Source: Candidatus Uhrbacteria bacterium RIFCSPHIGHO2_01_FULL_63_20 (GTDB lineage Bacteria > Patescibacteriota > Patescibacteriia > UBA9934 > GWF2-40-263). Taken from it: a DNA stretch of 46,067 nucleotides. Shown here piece after piece: positions 1 through 8,583 of this stretch. The position numbers and the translations under genes are program-made. The stretch is taken from NCBI GenBank assembly GCA_001791045.1, contig MGDT01000006.1, forward strand, positions 44,957-91,023, given 5' to 3'. The notes under the pieces were generated by a model that saw only the letters and a list, made by a program, of their open reading frames with translations, was not told the DNA's origin and ran no database searches. Position 1 is the stretch's first letter. The number at the start of each line of letters is the position of its first letter.

Positions 1-74
1 CGAAGAAGAAACGGGCCAGGATCCGCACGAAAACCCAATCAAAACGCCCGTAGGCGGCAAAAAGCCTCCTCTCC

Positions 75-103
75 TTGACAGGAAGGGGGCTTTTTCGCAT
101 ACT
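75..103 (+). promoter_or_regulatory. sigma70-type promoter for rplY
   Basis: TTGACA (75-80), 17-nt spacer, CATACT (98-103). Confidence 0.6.
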
Positions 104-143
104 AGCGGCATTCTCAGGGCCTTTTACGGCCGCACTGAATGGT

Positions 144-866
144 ATGAAGACCTACGAGCTCAACGCCAAATCCCGCACGCTGCGCGGTCGCAAGACCTAT
201 GCCCTGCGCGCGCAGGAAATCGTCCCGGCCGTCGTGTACGGCGCGGGCATCGAGGCCCCGACTCCGGTCGAGGTCGATCGCGGGGAATTCGTGCGCGTGT
301 TCCGCGCCGCCGGCGAATCCGGCGTGGTGGAACTCTCGATCGACGGGAAGATGGTGAACGTGCTCATCCACGACATCCAGACCGATCCGCTGCGCGACGA
401 GGTGATCCACGCCGACTTCCGCGCGCTCGACATGACGAAGCCGATCGAGGCGAACGTGAAGCTCGCGTTCACGGGCGAATCGGCGGCCATCAAGGTGTTG
501 GGCGGCATCTTCGTGCACTCGCTCGACGACGTGAAGGTGCGGGCGCTTCCGAAGGACCTGCCGCACGAGATCGCGGTGGACATCTCCGGACTCGCGACGT
601 TCGAGGACGTGGTGCGCGTGAAGGACCTGCCGGCCATGCCCGGCGTGGAGATCCTGGTCGATGCCGAAACCACCCTCGCGTCTGTGGACGCGCCGCGTTC
701 CGAAGAAGAGCTGGCCGACCTGAACAAGGCCGTGGAAGCGGACGTGACCGCCGTCGAGGTGGAGAAGAAGGGCAAGGAAGAGGAGGAAGGCGCCGAGGGC
801 GCCGAGGGCGAGGCGGCCGAAGGGAAGCCGGAAGCCAAGAAGGAAGAGCCCAAGTCGAAGAAATAA
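144..866 (+). CDS. rplY: 50S ribosomal protein L25/general stress protein Ctc
   Basis: VPAVVYG, IQTDP..IHADF and LPHEIAVDIS motifs, acidic tail; start moved to ATG 144. Confidence 0.95.
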   Translation: MKTYELNAKSRTLRGRKTYALRAQEIVPAVVYGAGIEAPTPVEVDRGEFVRVFRAAGESGVVELSIDGKMVNVLIHDIQTDPLRDEVIHADFRALDMTKPIEANVKLAFTGESAAIKVLGGIFVHSLDDVKVRALPKDLPHEIAVDISGLATFEDVVRVKDLPAMPGVEILVDAETTLASVDAPRSEEELADLNKAVEADVTAVEVEKKGKEEEEGAEGAEGEAAEGKPEAKKEEPKSKK

Positions 867-1933
867 TGGATCTCGTGCGCTTCCTCAAGACGAAGCAGGG
901 ATACGCAACCGCGATGACCGTCGCGGTTGCTCTTGCGCTCGCCCTGTTCCTGTACGCGTTCCGCGGCATCATCTTCCCGGGGCAGCCTGCGCAAGGTCCG
1001 GAGTCCCCCTCCGTCTCGAGCGCGTATCGCCACCCGCTCACCGGGTTGCCCATCGACGCCCCGCTGTCCTCGCTCCCTCAAGTGTTCGGGGTGATGGTCG
1101 ACCACAGCGTGGATGCCTGGCCGCAAAGCGGCGTGGACCGCGCGTTCCTGGTGATCGAGGCGCCCGTGGAAGCCGGCATCCCGCGGCTCGAGGCGTTCTT
1201 CCACGAAGGGCAGCAGGTGGACAAGATCGGCCCGGTGCGCAGCGCGCGCCCGTACTTCGTGGATTGGAACGACGAGCTCGACGGGCTGTACGCCCACGTG
1301 GGCGGTTCGGACGCCGCGCTCGACCAGATCGGCACCACCGGCACCTTCGACCTGAACCAGTTCTGGAACGGGTTCGCCTACTGGCGCTCCACCGACCGCG
1401 TGGCTCCGCACAACACCTACACCTCCACCGATCTCCTGGGGAAAGCGCTCGCGCACGCGCGCGAGGCCGGGAAGGCCCCCACGCTCCTGTACGGCACCTG
1501 GGCGTTCAAGGACCCGTCTCCGGCGCAGGTCGGGACCGGCGTCACCGTGGATTTCGGGGCCACGAGCTATCGGGTGGATTGGACCTATGACGGGAAATCG
1601 GGCACCTACTCCCGCCGCCAGGGCGGGCTCCCGTATGCCATGAAGGACGGCGGCACGGTCGCCGCGGACAACGTGGTCGTGGCGGTGACGAAGATGACCG
1701 TGATCGACACCGTGGGGCGTCGCGAGGTGAAGACCGTGGGGGAAGGGGACATGATCCTGTTTCAGGACGGGCGCGCCGTGCGCGGACGTTGGAAGAAGCC
1801 AAGCCAGACCGAACGCCTTCGCTTCTTCGACGAGGACACGGCGGAGATTGAGATGAACCCAGGCATGACTTGGATCGAGGTGGTGCCCGACGCCGAGATG
1901 GTGTCCTTGCACGAACCGCCTCCCAACAGCTGA
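866..1933 (+). CDS. DUF3048-family membrane-anchored protein
   Basis: N-terminal TM; PLTGLP, WPQSG, VEAGIPRL, IGPVRSARPY, HVGGS and APHNTY motifs. Confidence 0.85.
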   Translation: MDLVRFLKTKQGYATAMTVAVALALALFLYAFRGIIFPGQPAQGPESPSVSSAYRHPLTGLPIDAPLSSLPQVFGVMVDHSVDAWPQSGVDRAFLVIEAPVEAGIPRLEAFFHEGQQVDKIGPVRSARPYFVDWNDELDGLYAHVGGSDAALDQIGTTGTFDLNQFWNGFAYWRSTDRVAPHNTYTSTDLLGKALAHAREAGKAPTLLYGTWAFKDPSPAQVGTGVTVDFGATSYRVDWTYDGKSGTYSRRQGGLPYAMKDGGTVAADNVVVAVTKMTVIDTVGRREVKTVGEGDMILFQDGRAVRGRWKKPSQTERLRFFDEDTAEIEMNPGMTWIEVVPDAEMVSLHEPPPNS

Positions 1934-1960
1934 AAGACGGCCCGCGAGGGTCGTCTTTCA
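1931..1960. terminator. hairpin between convergent genes (likely bidirectional terminator)
   Basis: TGAAAGACGGCCC-GCGA-GGGTCGTCTTTCA. Confidence 0.7.
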
Positions 1961-2854
1961 TGTTTCCGCGACGATGATCCGATCCACGCCGGAGAGGTCC
2001 TTCACGACACGCGGCGAGGCGGCGGGGAAGTCGTGGCGGATCATGGCGAGCGCCGCGTCCGCCTGGTCCGGGTCGATCTCGATGAGGACCGTGACGCGTT
2101 CGGGAAGGATTTCGCGGTTCGCCTTGAGGTAACGGAACAGCTGCCAGTAGCACTCAAGCCCGTCTGAACCGGCCACGAGCGCGGAGTGCGGTTCGTAATC
2201 CTTCACGTCCGGCTCGGCGCAGGCCACCTTTTCGGCGGTGAGGTAGGGGAGGTTCGCGCAAATGACCAGATGCTTTACGGGCGAGGAGCTTCCGAGTTTT
2301 CTGAAAATGGCGACGACCGGCTCGAGCAGGTTCCCGAGCCGGAAATCCACCTTGTCCGCGACGCCGAGCGCGGCGGCGTTCGATTCCGCGATGAACAGCG
2401 CGTCGCGGCTCACGTCGGTCGCGATCGCGTGAAGGCCGGTCTCAGCCGCGAGCGTGATCGCGATGGCGCCCGAGCCCGTGCCGATGTCGGCGAAGAGGGA
2501 GTTGGTATTTAGTATTTGGGAGTTGGCGTGAACGATTTTTACGGCTTCTTCGACGAGCGCCTCGGTCGCGGGGCGCGGGATGAGCGTGGCCGGCGTCACG
2601 CGGAACGTGCGGCCGAAGAATTCCTTCGTCCCGACCAGATGCGCCACGGGTTCGCGCTTGGCACGCCGGTTCACGAGGTCCGTGAAGGCCGTCTCCTCAT
2701 GCGCGCGTAACTCCTGGTCCAGATGCGAAAACACCCACGCCTTGTTCACCCGGACCGCATGGGACAACAGCACCTCGGCGTCGAGCATGGCCGACGCCGA
2801 CACGATCGGTTTCAATTTCCCGCTGGCCCACTGCAGGGCCTCGAATACGGTCAT
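1958..2854 (-). CDS. prmC: release factor glutamine methyltransferase PrmC/HemK
   Basis: RRAKREPVAHL, TLIPRPATE, DIGTGSG, NLPY, DYEPHSAL and KDLSG motifs. Confidence 0.95.
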   Translation of the reverse strand: MTVFEALQWASGKLKPIVSASAMLDAEVLLSHAVRVNKAWVFSHLDQELRAHEETAFTDLVNRRAKREPVAHLVGTKEFFGRTFRVTPATLIPRPATEALVEEAVKIVHANSQILNTNSLFADIGTGSGAIAITLAAETGLHAIATDVSRDALFIAESNAAALGVADKVDFRLGNLLEPVVAIFRKLGSSSPVKHLVICANLPYLTAEKVACAEPDVKDYEPHSALVAGSDGLECYWQLFRYLKANREILPERVTVLIEIDPDQADAALAMIRHDFPAASPRVVKDLSGVDRIIVAET

Positions 2855-2885
2855 GAGGCTCAACCTAGCAGGCGTTTAAGAAATT

Positions 2886-2913
2886 AAAAAGGGCTCGCAT
2901 TTCTGCGAAGCCC
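2886..2913 (-). terminator. intrinsic terminator of the large non-coding unit
   Basis: minus strand GGGCUUCGCA-GAAA-UGCGAGCCC followed by UUUUU. Confidence 0.8.
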
Positions 2914-3876
2914 AGATCCTTTCTTTCCGGAGTGTGTACCGGTTTATCGTCCCTTAAAGGTTTGAGACGGATTTGCGAAGCTGCAGGTTAACCCCACAGT
3001 CTCTTTCCATGAGCACCAGCCCCAGCCCTGCAAGCGACCACACCGTTACCCGTTCAGACGACCTCTTGCGAGCGTCCTACTGAGTTTACCGACATGTTGT
3101 TTGTGTCGCCTCGGACTCCTCCTCTTTGTTGCCGCCGAATCTGACCGGCGGGATTAGAGTTCGTGAGGAAACTGGCGTTCCCAGGTTACCCTGGAGATCG
3201 CATGACCCTGTCGCTTCAAAACCCGTTTTACCTACGGGCTCGTCCACGAAATTGAGGACTACGTTGTATACGCTCGCGAACTGGTGGGATTCCAGCTACG
3301 ACGTGGCGCTAAACCTGCCCTGAGCATGTCGCCATGCACCGAATAGGCCCAAGAGATATCCTCGAACAAGTGCCGAGCATGGTTTAAACGTCCTGCGAGT
3401 CACCCCGCAAAACATCCTCCACATCCGGCGAGCCGCCAAACCCATGGTAGGGTCCGTCGGACTCATGCGACCATCTTGCACATCCCCTTAACGGTTCTGT
3501 GCTTTCCATCAATCGAGCTTGCGCCCCACCTCGCTTTGTCAGTTTCCCACTACCACGGTTAGAGCCAGTGTAGTGGATATAGCGAGAGTGCCCCGTGCCT
3601 TCCAGGTTGCCCCAGAGAGACGGGAATCTTGATTGACGGACGATGGAAAGTAATCCCGAGATCATCCAGTGGCTTGTTAGCCACCGGCATCCCGGAATTT
3701 TTCGTTCATCTTTGAAGGTGCTTCTACATCCCACGACCTGACCCTCCGAAGGGCCAAGCGCAAGCGCAGGCACTCCTTCGGCGGCTCTAGGAGAAAGCTT
3801 GACGGCCCTATCGGTGTTGGGCTGCTGCGACCGAGTCTTTCGACCCTTCCGCATCGACTTTCCCTCTGCAGTGGTA
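2886..3876 (-). ncRNA. candidate ~1 kb large structured ncRNA (family unassigned; GOLLD/ROOL-like size class)
   Basis: no credible ORF; bounded by a promoter and a terminator; many GNRA-capped hairpins whose G-U pairs form only on the minus strand; long-range helix 3502-3514 with 3631-3650. Confidence 0.75.
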
Positions 3877-3882
3877 ACGAGT

Positions 3883-3911
3883 AGCTTACGCGTGATTTTG
3901 ACGCGGGTCAA
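3883..3911 (-). promoter_or_regulatory. sigma70-type promoter of the ncRNA candidate
   Basis: minus strand TTGACC-N17-TAAGCT; the spacer is itself an inverted repeat (CGCGT-N7-ACGCG). Confidence 0.7.
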
Positions 3912-3918
3912 GGGGTGG

Positions 3919-3940
3919 TTATCAACAATTCTGTGGATAA
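3919..3940. promoter_or_regulatory. inverted pair of DnaA-box-like 9-mers
   Basis: TTATCAACA (3919-3927) and TGTGGATAA (3932-3940). Confidence 0.45.
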
Positions 3941-3942
3941 CC

Positions 3943-4626
3943 TCACGCACACGCCTTTCGCGCGGCTTCGAGTTCGGTTGCAGTGCCCACCGGATGCCAG
4001 AATCCGGCCTCCTCGGTCCGGATGTCGACGTCTTTCGACATGGTGACGAGCGTGTGCGGGAGCCCGAGCTCGTGTTTTCCATGCACGTCGAAGCTCACCT
4101 GGATGAGCGGGTAATCGAAAAAGCGTTCATCGAGCACGTAGGCGCCGCACACCCGGATTTTCGTCTCTTGCTCGGGCGGAACGGACTCAAGTGCGCGGAA
4201 ACAGCCCTGTTCGTCCACGATCGCGGACACCAAGATCGGGAGTTTGGTGCGCTGGATGAGCATGCCGACCGGATGGGCGATCAAACGCTCTAGGTCCGGC
4301 TTGCTATAGAGGTCGTCGCCGTTCACCACGAGGAAGCGGTCGTGCAACAGATCCTTGGTGAGGAGAAGTGCGGCACCAGTCCCGTTGATGTCCTCCTGGA
4401 CGACGTAGCGGATCGGTTTGCCGCCGTGCTCCGTGCCGAAACGCGCGATGATCTGCTCGCGAAGATGTCCGACCACGATGATGATGTCGGTGATTTCGTC
4501 TGGAAGCGCGTCCAGAATGTGGCCAAGCAACGGCTTACCGCACAGGTCGACGAGCGCCTTGGGCGTGTCGTAGGTGAGCGGGCGCAGCCGCGTCCCTTTT
4601 CCGGCCGCGAGGATCACTGCTTGCAT
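3943..4626 (-). CDS. sugar-phosphate nucleotidyltransferase (NTP_transferase family)
   Basis: AVILAAGKGTRLRPLT..PK, GTGAAL and VVNGDD motifs. Confidence 0.9.
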   Translation of the reverse strand: MQAVILAAGKGTRLRPLTYDTPKALVDLCGKPLLGHILDALPDEITDIIIVVGHLREQIIARFGTEHGGKPIRYVVQEDINGTGAALLLTKDLLHDRFLVVNGDDLYSKPDLERLIAHPVGMLIQRTKLPILVSAIVDEQGCFRALESVPPEQETKIRVCGAYVLDERFFDYPLIQVSFDVHGKHELGLPHTLVTMSKDVDIRTEEAGFWHPVGTATELEAARKACA

Positions 4627-4647
4627 ACCTCAAGCTCTTCAAGCTCC

Positions 4648-5730
4648 TTAAGCTCCTTTCGACAACGCCTCGAAGCGCTCCTTGAGCTCGGCCGCCGTGA
4701 GTGCGTCGATGAGCGGGTCGAGGTCGCCGTTCATGATTCCCGGGATGTTGTGGAAATTCTCCCCGATGCGGTGGTCGGTGACGCGGTCCTGCGGGAAGTT
4801 GTACGTGCGGATCTTCTCGCTGCGGTCGCCCGAGCCGATTTGCGATTTGCGCTCCGCCGAACGTTCCTTGGCCGCCTTTTCCTGTTCGTACGCGAACACG
4901 CGGGCGCGCATGATCTGCATGGCCCGCTCGCGGTTCTGCGTCTGGCTGCGCTCGTCCTGGCACTGCACCGTGATGCCGGTGGGGAGGTGCGTCATGCGGA
5001 TGGCGGAATAGGTGGTGTTCACGCTCTGGCCGCCGGCGCCGCGGCTGGTGGACGTCTCGATCTTCAGGTCCTTGGGATCGAGGTCCACGTCGATTGCCTC
5101 GGCTTCAGGCATCACGGCGACGGTCGCGGTCGACGTGTGCACGCGTCCGGCCTTCTCGGTTTCCGGCACGCGCTGCACGCGATGCACGCCGGACTCGAAC
5201 TTGAGCATGGAATACACGTTCTTGCCGTCGATCTCTATCACCGCCTCCTTGAACCCGCCGGCCTCGCCGCGGCTCATGGTGACCGGCGACACCTTCCATC
5301 CTTGGCGCTCGGCGAACAGGGTGTAGGCGCGCAACAGGTCGCCGGCGAAGATCGCCGCTTCGTCGCCGCCCGTGCCCGCGCGGATTTCCATGATGATGTC
5401 CTTCTTGTCGAGCGGATCGGGAGGGAGGAGCGCGAGCGTGAACGCCTCCTCGAGTCTGGGGAGTTTCGCGGTCAGCTCGTCGATCTCGTCCTGGGCGAGC
5501 GCGCGCATGTCGGCTTCGGTCGACTCCGACAGCGTGGCCTTGGCGGATTCGAGCGCGCCCCGCGCGTCGGCATACCGCTGGCCGATCTCCACGAGCTCCT
5601 TCGCGTCCAGGTAGTCCGCGTTCACCACGCGGAGCTTTTTCGGATCAGCAAGAATGCCAGGCTCGGCAAGCCTGGCTTCGAGCTCGGCGACGCGTCCTCG
5701 CGCGCGTTCGAGTTCCTGGAGGAGATCCAT
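4648..5730 (-). CDS. prfA: peptide chain release factor 1
   Basis: GGQ motif, PET tripeptide in [17 protein letters not shown] and [15 protein letters not shown]. Confidence 0.97.
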   Translation of the reverse strand: MDLLQELERARGRVAELEARLAEPGILADPKKLRVVNADYLDAKELVEIGQRYADARGALESAKATLSESTEADMRALAQDEIDELTAKLPRLEEAFTLALLPPDPLDKKDIIMEIRAGTGGDEAAIFAGDLLRAYTLFAERQGWKVSPVTMSRGEAGGFKEAVIEIDGKNVYSMLKFESGVHRVQRVPETEKAGRVHTSTATVAVMPEAEAIDVDLDPKDLKIETSTSRGAGGQSVNTTYSAIRMTHLPTGITVQCQDERSQTQNRERAMQIMRARVFAYEQEKAAKERSAERKSQIGSGDRSEKIRTYNFPQDRVTDHRIGENFHNIPGIMNGDLDPLIDALTAAELKERFEALSKGA

Positions 5731-6012
5731 CTAACCCTTCGCTTCCTTCTTGGAGACCTTGGCGGCCGCGCGCTTGGCGCGCTTCACCTTGGCACCGGTC
5801 GCGACCGTCGCCTTCTTGGTGGTGCGCGTCTGGAATTTTTCCACGCGGCGGGCGGAGTCGATGATCTTTTGCTTGCCCGAGTAGAACGGGTGGCAGGCGG
5901 CGCACAGCTCGACGGCGATCTCGGGCATGGTGGAACCGACCTCGTAGGCGGCCCCGCAGGCGCAGGAAATCTTGGCCTTGGGATGATATTCGGGGTGGAT
6001 GTCGGTCTTCAT
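5731..6012 (-). CDS. rpmE: 50S ribosomal protein L31 (zinc-binding type)
   Basis: MKTDIHPEY, CxC..CxxCHPFY and RVEKF motifs. Confidence 0.95.
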   Translation of the reverse strand: MKTDIHPEYHPKAKISCACGAAYEVGSTMPEIAVELCAACHPFYSGKQKIIDSARRVEKFQTRTTKKATVATGAKVKRAKRAAAKVSKKEAKG

Positions 6013-6088
6013 ATGCGGCGGAATGAATGGCGAAAATCTACCAGCGCACCCTTGAACTGTCAAGGATTTCGCGCTATCCTTCGTTCTC

Positions 6089-7153
6089 ATGCCCACCCCC
6101 GTCTCCCTCTACGATTACGCGCTTCCGGCCGAGCGCATCGCGCAATCCCCGGTCGAGCCGCGCGATTCCTCGCGCCTGTTGGCGTTGGACCGGAAAACGG
6201 GGAAGACCGAGCATAAGGTTTTTCGCGACATCGTGGACGAACTGAAGGCCGGAGACCTGCTGGTGATGAACGACTCGAAGGTCTTCAAGGCTCGGCTCCG
6301 GGGGAAGCGGTTCAAGAAGGAATACGAGGTGTTCCTGTTGCGCCCTGTCCCCCACGAGTTCGTGATGGAAGGGGCGTCGCTGTGGCACGCGCTCGTTCGC
6401 CCGGGAAAACTCGTCCACGTGGGGAATGACATCGAGATCAGCGGGTTGAAACCCAAGGTGGTCGAAAAGAAACCGGATGGCTCCGTCGTGCTCGCGTTCC
6501 CGATTCCGGAATCAGAGGTGTTCGCGTTCTGCGACCAGTTCGGCGAAGTGCCCGTGCCGCCATACGTCGAGAAAGCACCCGAGGATGCGTCGAAGTATCA
6601 AACGGTGTACGCGAAGGAGACGGGCTCGGTCGCTGCCCCGACGGCCGGGTTTCATTTCACGCCGGAGATCATCGAGAAACTGAAAGGGAAGGGAGTCGAG
6701 TTCCAGTTCGTCACGCTGCACGTAGGCCTCGGCACGTTCCGGCCAGTGAAGGCGGAGACGCTCGAAGAGCATGTCATGCACAGCGAGTATGTGACGATTT
6801 CGTCCGAGACGGCACAAGCGATTAACAAGGCAAAAGCCGAAGGCCGCCGCGTCATCGCCGTCGGCACGACCACCGTCCGCGCCCTCGAAGGCGTCGCCTC
6901 AACCCAGCCCCCAGCTCCCAGCCCCCAGCTCCCAACGAACGGTTACTCCGGCGACGTGAACATGTTCATCACCCCCGGCTTCGACTTCAAAGTCATCGAC
7001 GCCCTCATCACCAATTTCCATCTTCCCAAATCCACGCTGCTCGTGCTCGTGTCCGCCTTCGCCGGCCGGGAGCACGTCCTGGCGGCATATAAGGAGGCCA
7101 TCGAGAAGGAATATCGGTTCTATTCGTTCGGAGACGCGATGTTTATTCGTTAG
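6089..7153 (+). CDS. queA: S-adenosylmethionine:tRNA ribosyltransferase-isomerase
   Basis: GSVAAPTAGFHFT, TLHVGLGTF, VGTTTVRALE, TNFHLPKSTL and YRFYSFGDAM motifs. Confidence 0.97.
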   Translation: MPTPVSLYDYALPAERIAQSPVEPRDSSRLLALDRKTGKTEHKVFRDIVDELKAGDLLVMNDSKVFKARLRGKRFKKEYEVFLLRPVPHEFVMEGASLWHALVRPGKLVHVGNDIEISGLKPKVVEKKPDGSVVLAFPIPESEVFAFCDQFGEVPVPPYVEKAPEDASKYQTVYAKETGSVAAPTAGFHFTPEIIEKLKGKGVEFQFVTLHVGLGTFRPVKAETLEEHVMHSEYVTISSETAQAINKAKAEGRRVIAVGTTTVRALEGVASTQPPAPSPQLPTNGYSGDVNMFITPGFDFKVIDALITNFHLPKSTLLVLVSAFAGREHVLAAYKEAIEKEYRFYSFGDAMFIR

Positions 7154-7674
7154 TCCATCTTGCTGATGAAATAGCAAATTCCGAGGAAGGGGATGATGAC
7201 CGTGATGAGTTCCAGTAAGGCCGGTCGAGAGAGGAGAGGGCGATCCGGAGGAGTGCGGAACCACTCATCCGTCAGCATGGCAGCAGCCGGAGCCATCAGG
7301 ATGGAAAACAACATGACGAGAACAGGAATCGTGCCGATGTCATTTATGTTTGTCGGAGCGAAAAAGTGGAAAAACAGGAGTTCGGTCGCCGCCAGACCAA
7401 GACCGATTATCAGCATGCGTCCGATGCGGCCGTGCCCACGAAGCAACGAGCCCAGAAGCACGAAACCGATTCCGGCGAGCATCCCGCCCGACAGGCTGCC
7501 GAATGTTCCCGTGCCTTCGTACCCAGGCAACCTGGCAAACTCGAACGGCACGGGATAGTTCCCGCCGAAGTTCATTCCGAACCCCAATCCGACGGCGAAT
7601 CCGACGAACGCCGCGATCGAAGCCAGGAGGAACCGGTAGATTTGCTTCACCTCGATATACAGCACAGAGAACAT
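7150..7674 (-). CDS. hypothetical multi-pass membrane protein
   Basis: 174-aa ORF with about 5 hydrophobic segments; fills the gap between queA and rpsB. Confidence 0.6.
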   Translation of the reverse strand: MFSVLYIEVKQIYRFLLASIAAFVGFAVGLGFGMNFGGNYPVPFEFARLPGYEGTGTFGSLSGGMLAGIGFVLLGSLLRGHGRIGRMLIIGLGLAATELLFFHFFAPTNINDIGTIPVLVMLFSILMAPAAAMLTDEWFRTPPDRPLLSRPALLELITVIIPFLGICYFISKMD

Positions 7675-7706
7675 AGGTCATGGACATCCTAGCATGTCCG
7701 CCATTC

Positions 7707-7735
7707 TTGACGCTTCCGGCCCGTTTCTGTAGGAT
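7707..7735 (+). promoter_or_regulatory. sigma70-type promoter for rpsB-tsf
   Basis: TTGACG-N17-TAGGAT. Confidence 0.65.
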
Positions 7736-7744
7736 TCCGGCACT

Positions 7745-7840
7745 AAATCAAACAGACGGGCCAAGGCCGACCGGATCCTCCCCCGCACCTTTCTAAAAAG
7801 GTGCGAGGGCCCGGCGCGCTCCGTCGGTGACTAAAAGGAT
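7745..7840 (+). promoter_or_regulatory. structured rpsB 5' leader (possible S2 autoregulatory RNA)
   Basis: hairpin CGCACCTTT-CTAA-AAAGGTGCG (7784-7805) nested inside CCGAC/GTCGG (7767-7771/7823-7827). Confidence 0.5.
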
Positions 7841-7847
7841 TAGAAAT

Positions 7848-8570
7848 ATGCCAAAGATCCCCGCTTTGGCCGACATGCTGGAAGCCGGCATGCACTTCGG
7901 CCACCGCACCAGCCGCTGGCACCCCAAGATGGAACCGTTCATCTTCGGCGCCAAGTCGGGCGTGCACATCATCGACCTCGAAGCGAGCCAGAAGCAGCTT
8001 CAGGACGCGTTGGATTTCGTGAAGGGCGTCGCCGCGCGCGGCGGCACCGTGCTGTTCGTTGGGACCAAGCCGCAGGCCAAGGCCGCGGTGCGCGAGGCGG
8101 CGCAGCGTGCCGGCATGCCGCACGTGACCGAGCGCTGGCTGGGCGGCACGCTCACCAACTTCCCGCAGATCAAGAAGACGCTCAAGCGCCTGAAGACGCT
8201 CAAGGACCAGCGCGAGAAGGGCGAGCTCAAGAAGTACACGAAGAAGGAGCAGCTCATGATCGACCGCGAGATCGAGGAGATGGAGCACAAGATGGGCGGC
8301 ATCGCCGAGGTCGAACGCCTGCCGGACGCGATCTTCATCGTGGACGTGAAGACCGAGAAGACCGCGCTCACCGAGGCCTCCGTGACCGGCACCAAGGTGG
8401 TGGCGTTGTGCGACACCAACGTGAACCCGAGCTCGGTGGCGTACGTGATCCCGGGCAACGATGATGCGGCCAAGACCATCGAGCTCATCGCCCACCTCGT
8501 CTCCGACGCGGTGAAAGAGGGGAAGGCGGAGGCGCTCAAGGCCGCCGCGGCCCCGGAAAAGAAGGAGTAA
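7848..8570 (+). CDS. rpsB: 30S ribosomal protein S2
   Basis: EAGMHFGH, RWLGGTLTN, DTN and IPGNDD motifs. Confidence 0.98.
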   Translation: MPKIPALADMLEAGMHFGHRTSRWHPKMEPFIFGAKSGVHIIDLEASQKQLQDALDFVKGVAARGGTVLFVGTKPQAKAAVREAAQRAGMPHVTERWLGGTLTNFPQIKKTLKRLKTLKDQREKGELKKYTKKEQLMIDREIEEMEHKMGGIAEVERLPDAIFIVDVKTEKTALTEASVTGTKVVALCDTNVNPSSVAYVIPGNDDAAKTIELIAHLVSDAVKEGKAEALKAAAAPEKKE

Positions 8571-8583
8571 CGAGAAGGAGGAT

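Noticed and set aside
75-143. N-terminal extensions in the ORF track (rplY, gap, ndh, pgk, eno, gpmI, mltG, uvrD, dinB, lexA, GT2 at 39401)
   Set aside because: The extensions overlap promoters or upstream genes and precede the family N-terminus, so starts were trimmed.
760-860. Low-complexity GAG/GCC repeats at the rplY 3' end
   Set aside because: They encode the usual acidic Ctc tail.
2886-3876. RNase P, tmRNA or self-splicing intron identity for the ncRNA
   Set aside because: GAGGGAAAGUCG near the 5' end only loosely resembles RNase P CR-I and no 3' CGGCUUA was found. There are no tRNA-like ends for tmRNA, no group II domain V, no clear group I P7 partner, and no interrupted host gene. 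This was judged by eye and still needs cmscan.
3919-3940. Replication origin
   Set aside because: Only two DnaA-like boxes, no AT-rich unwinding element and no dnaA/dnaN nearby.
3384-4082. 232-aa minus-strand ORF and the short ORFs at 3126-3323 and 3296-3481
   Set aside because: No recognisable motifs, no GC3 bias, and the long ORF overlaps the nucleotidyltransferase gene and runs through the promoter. They are better explained as chance frames across a structured RNA.
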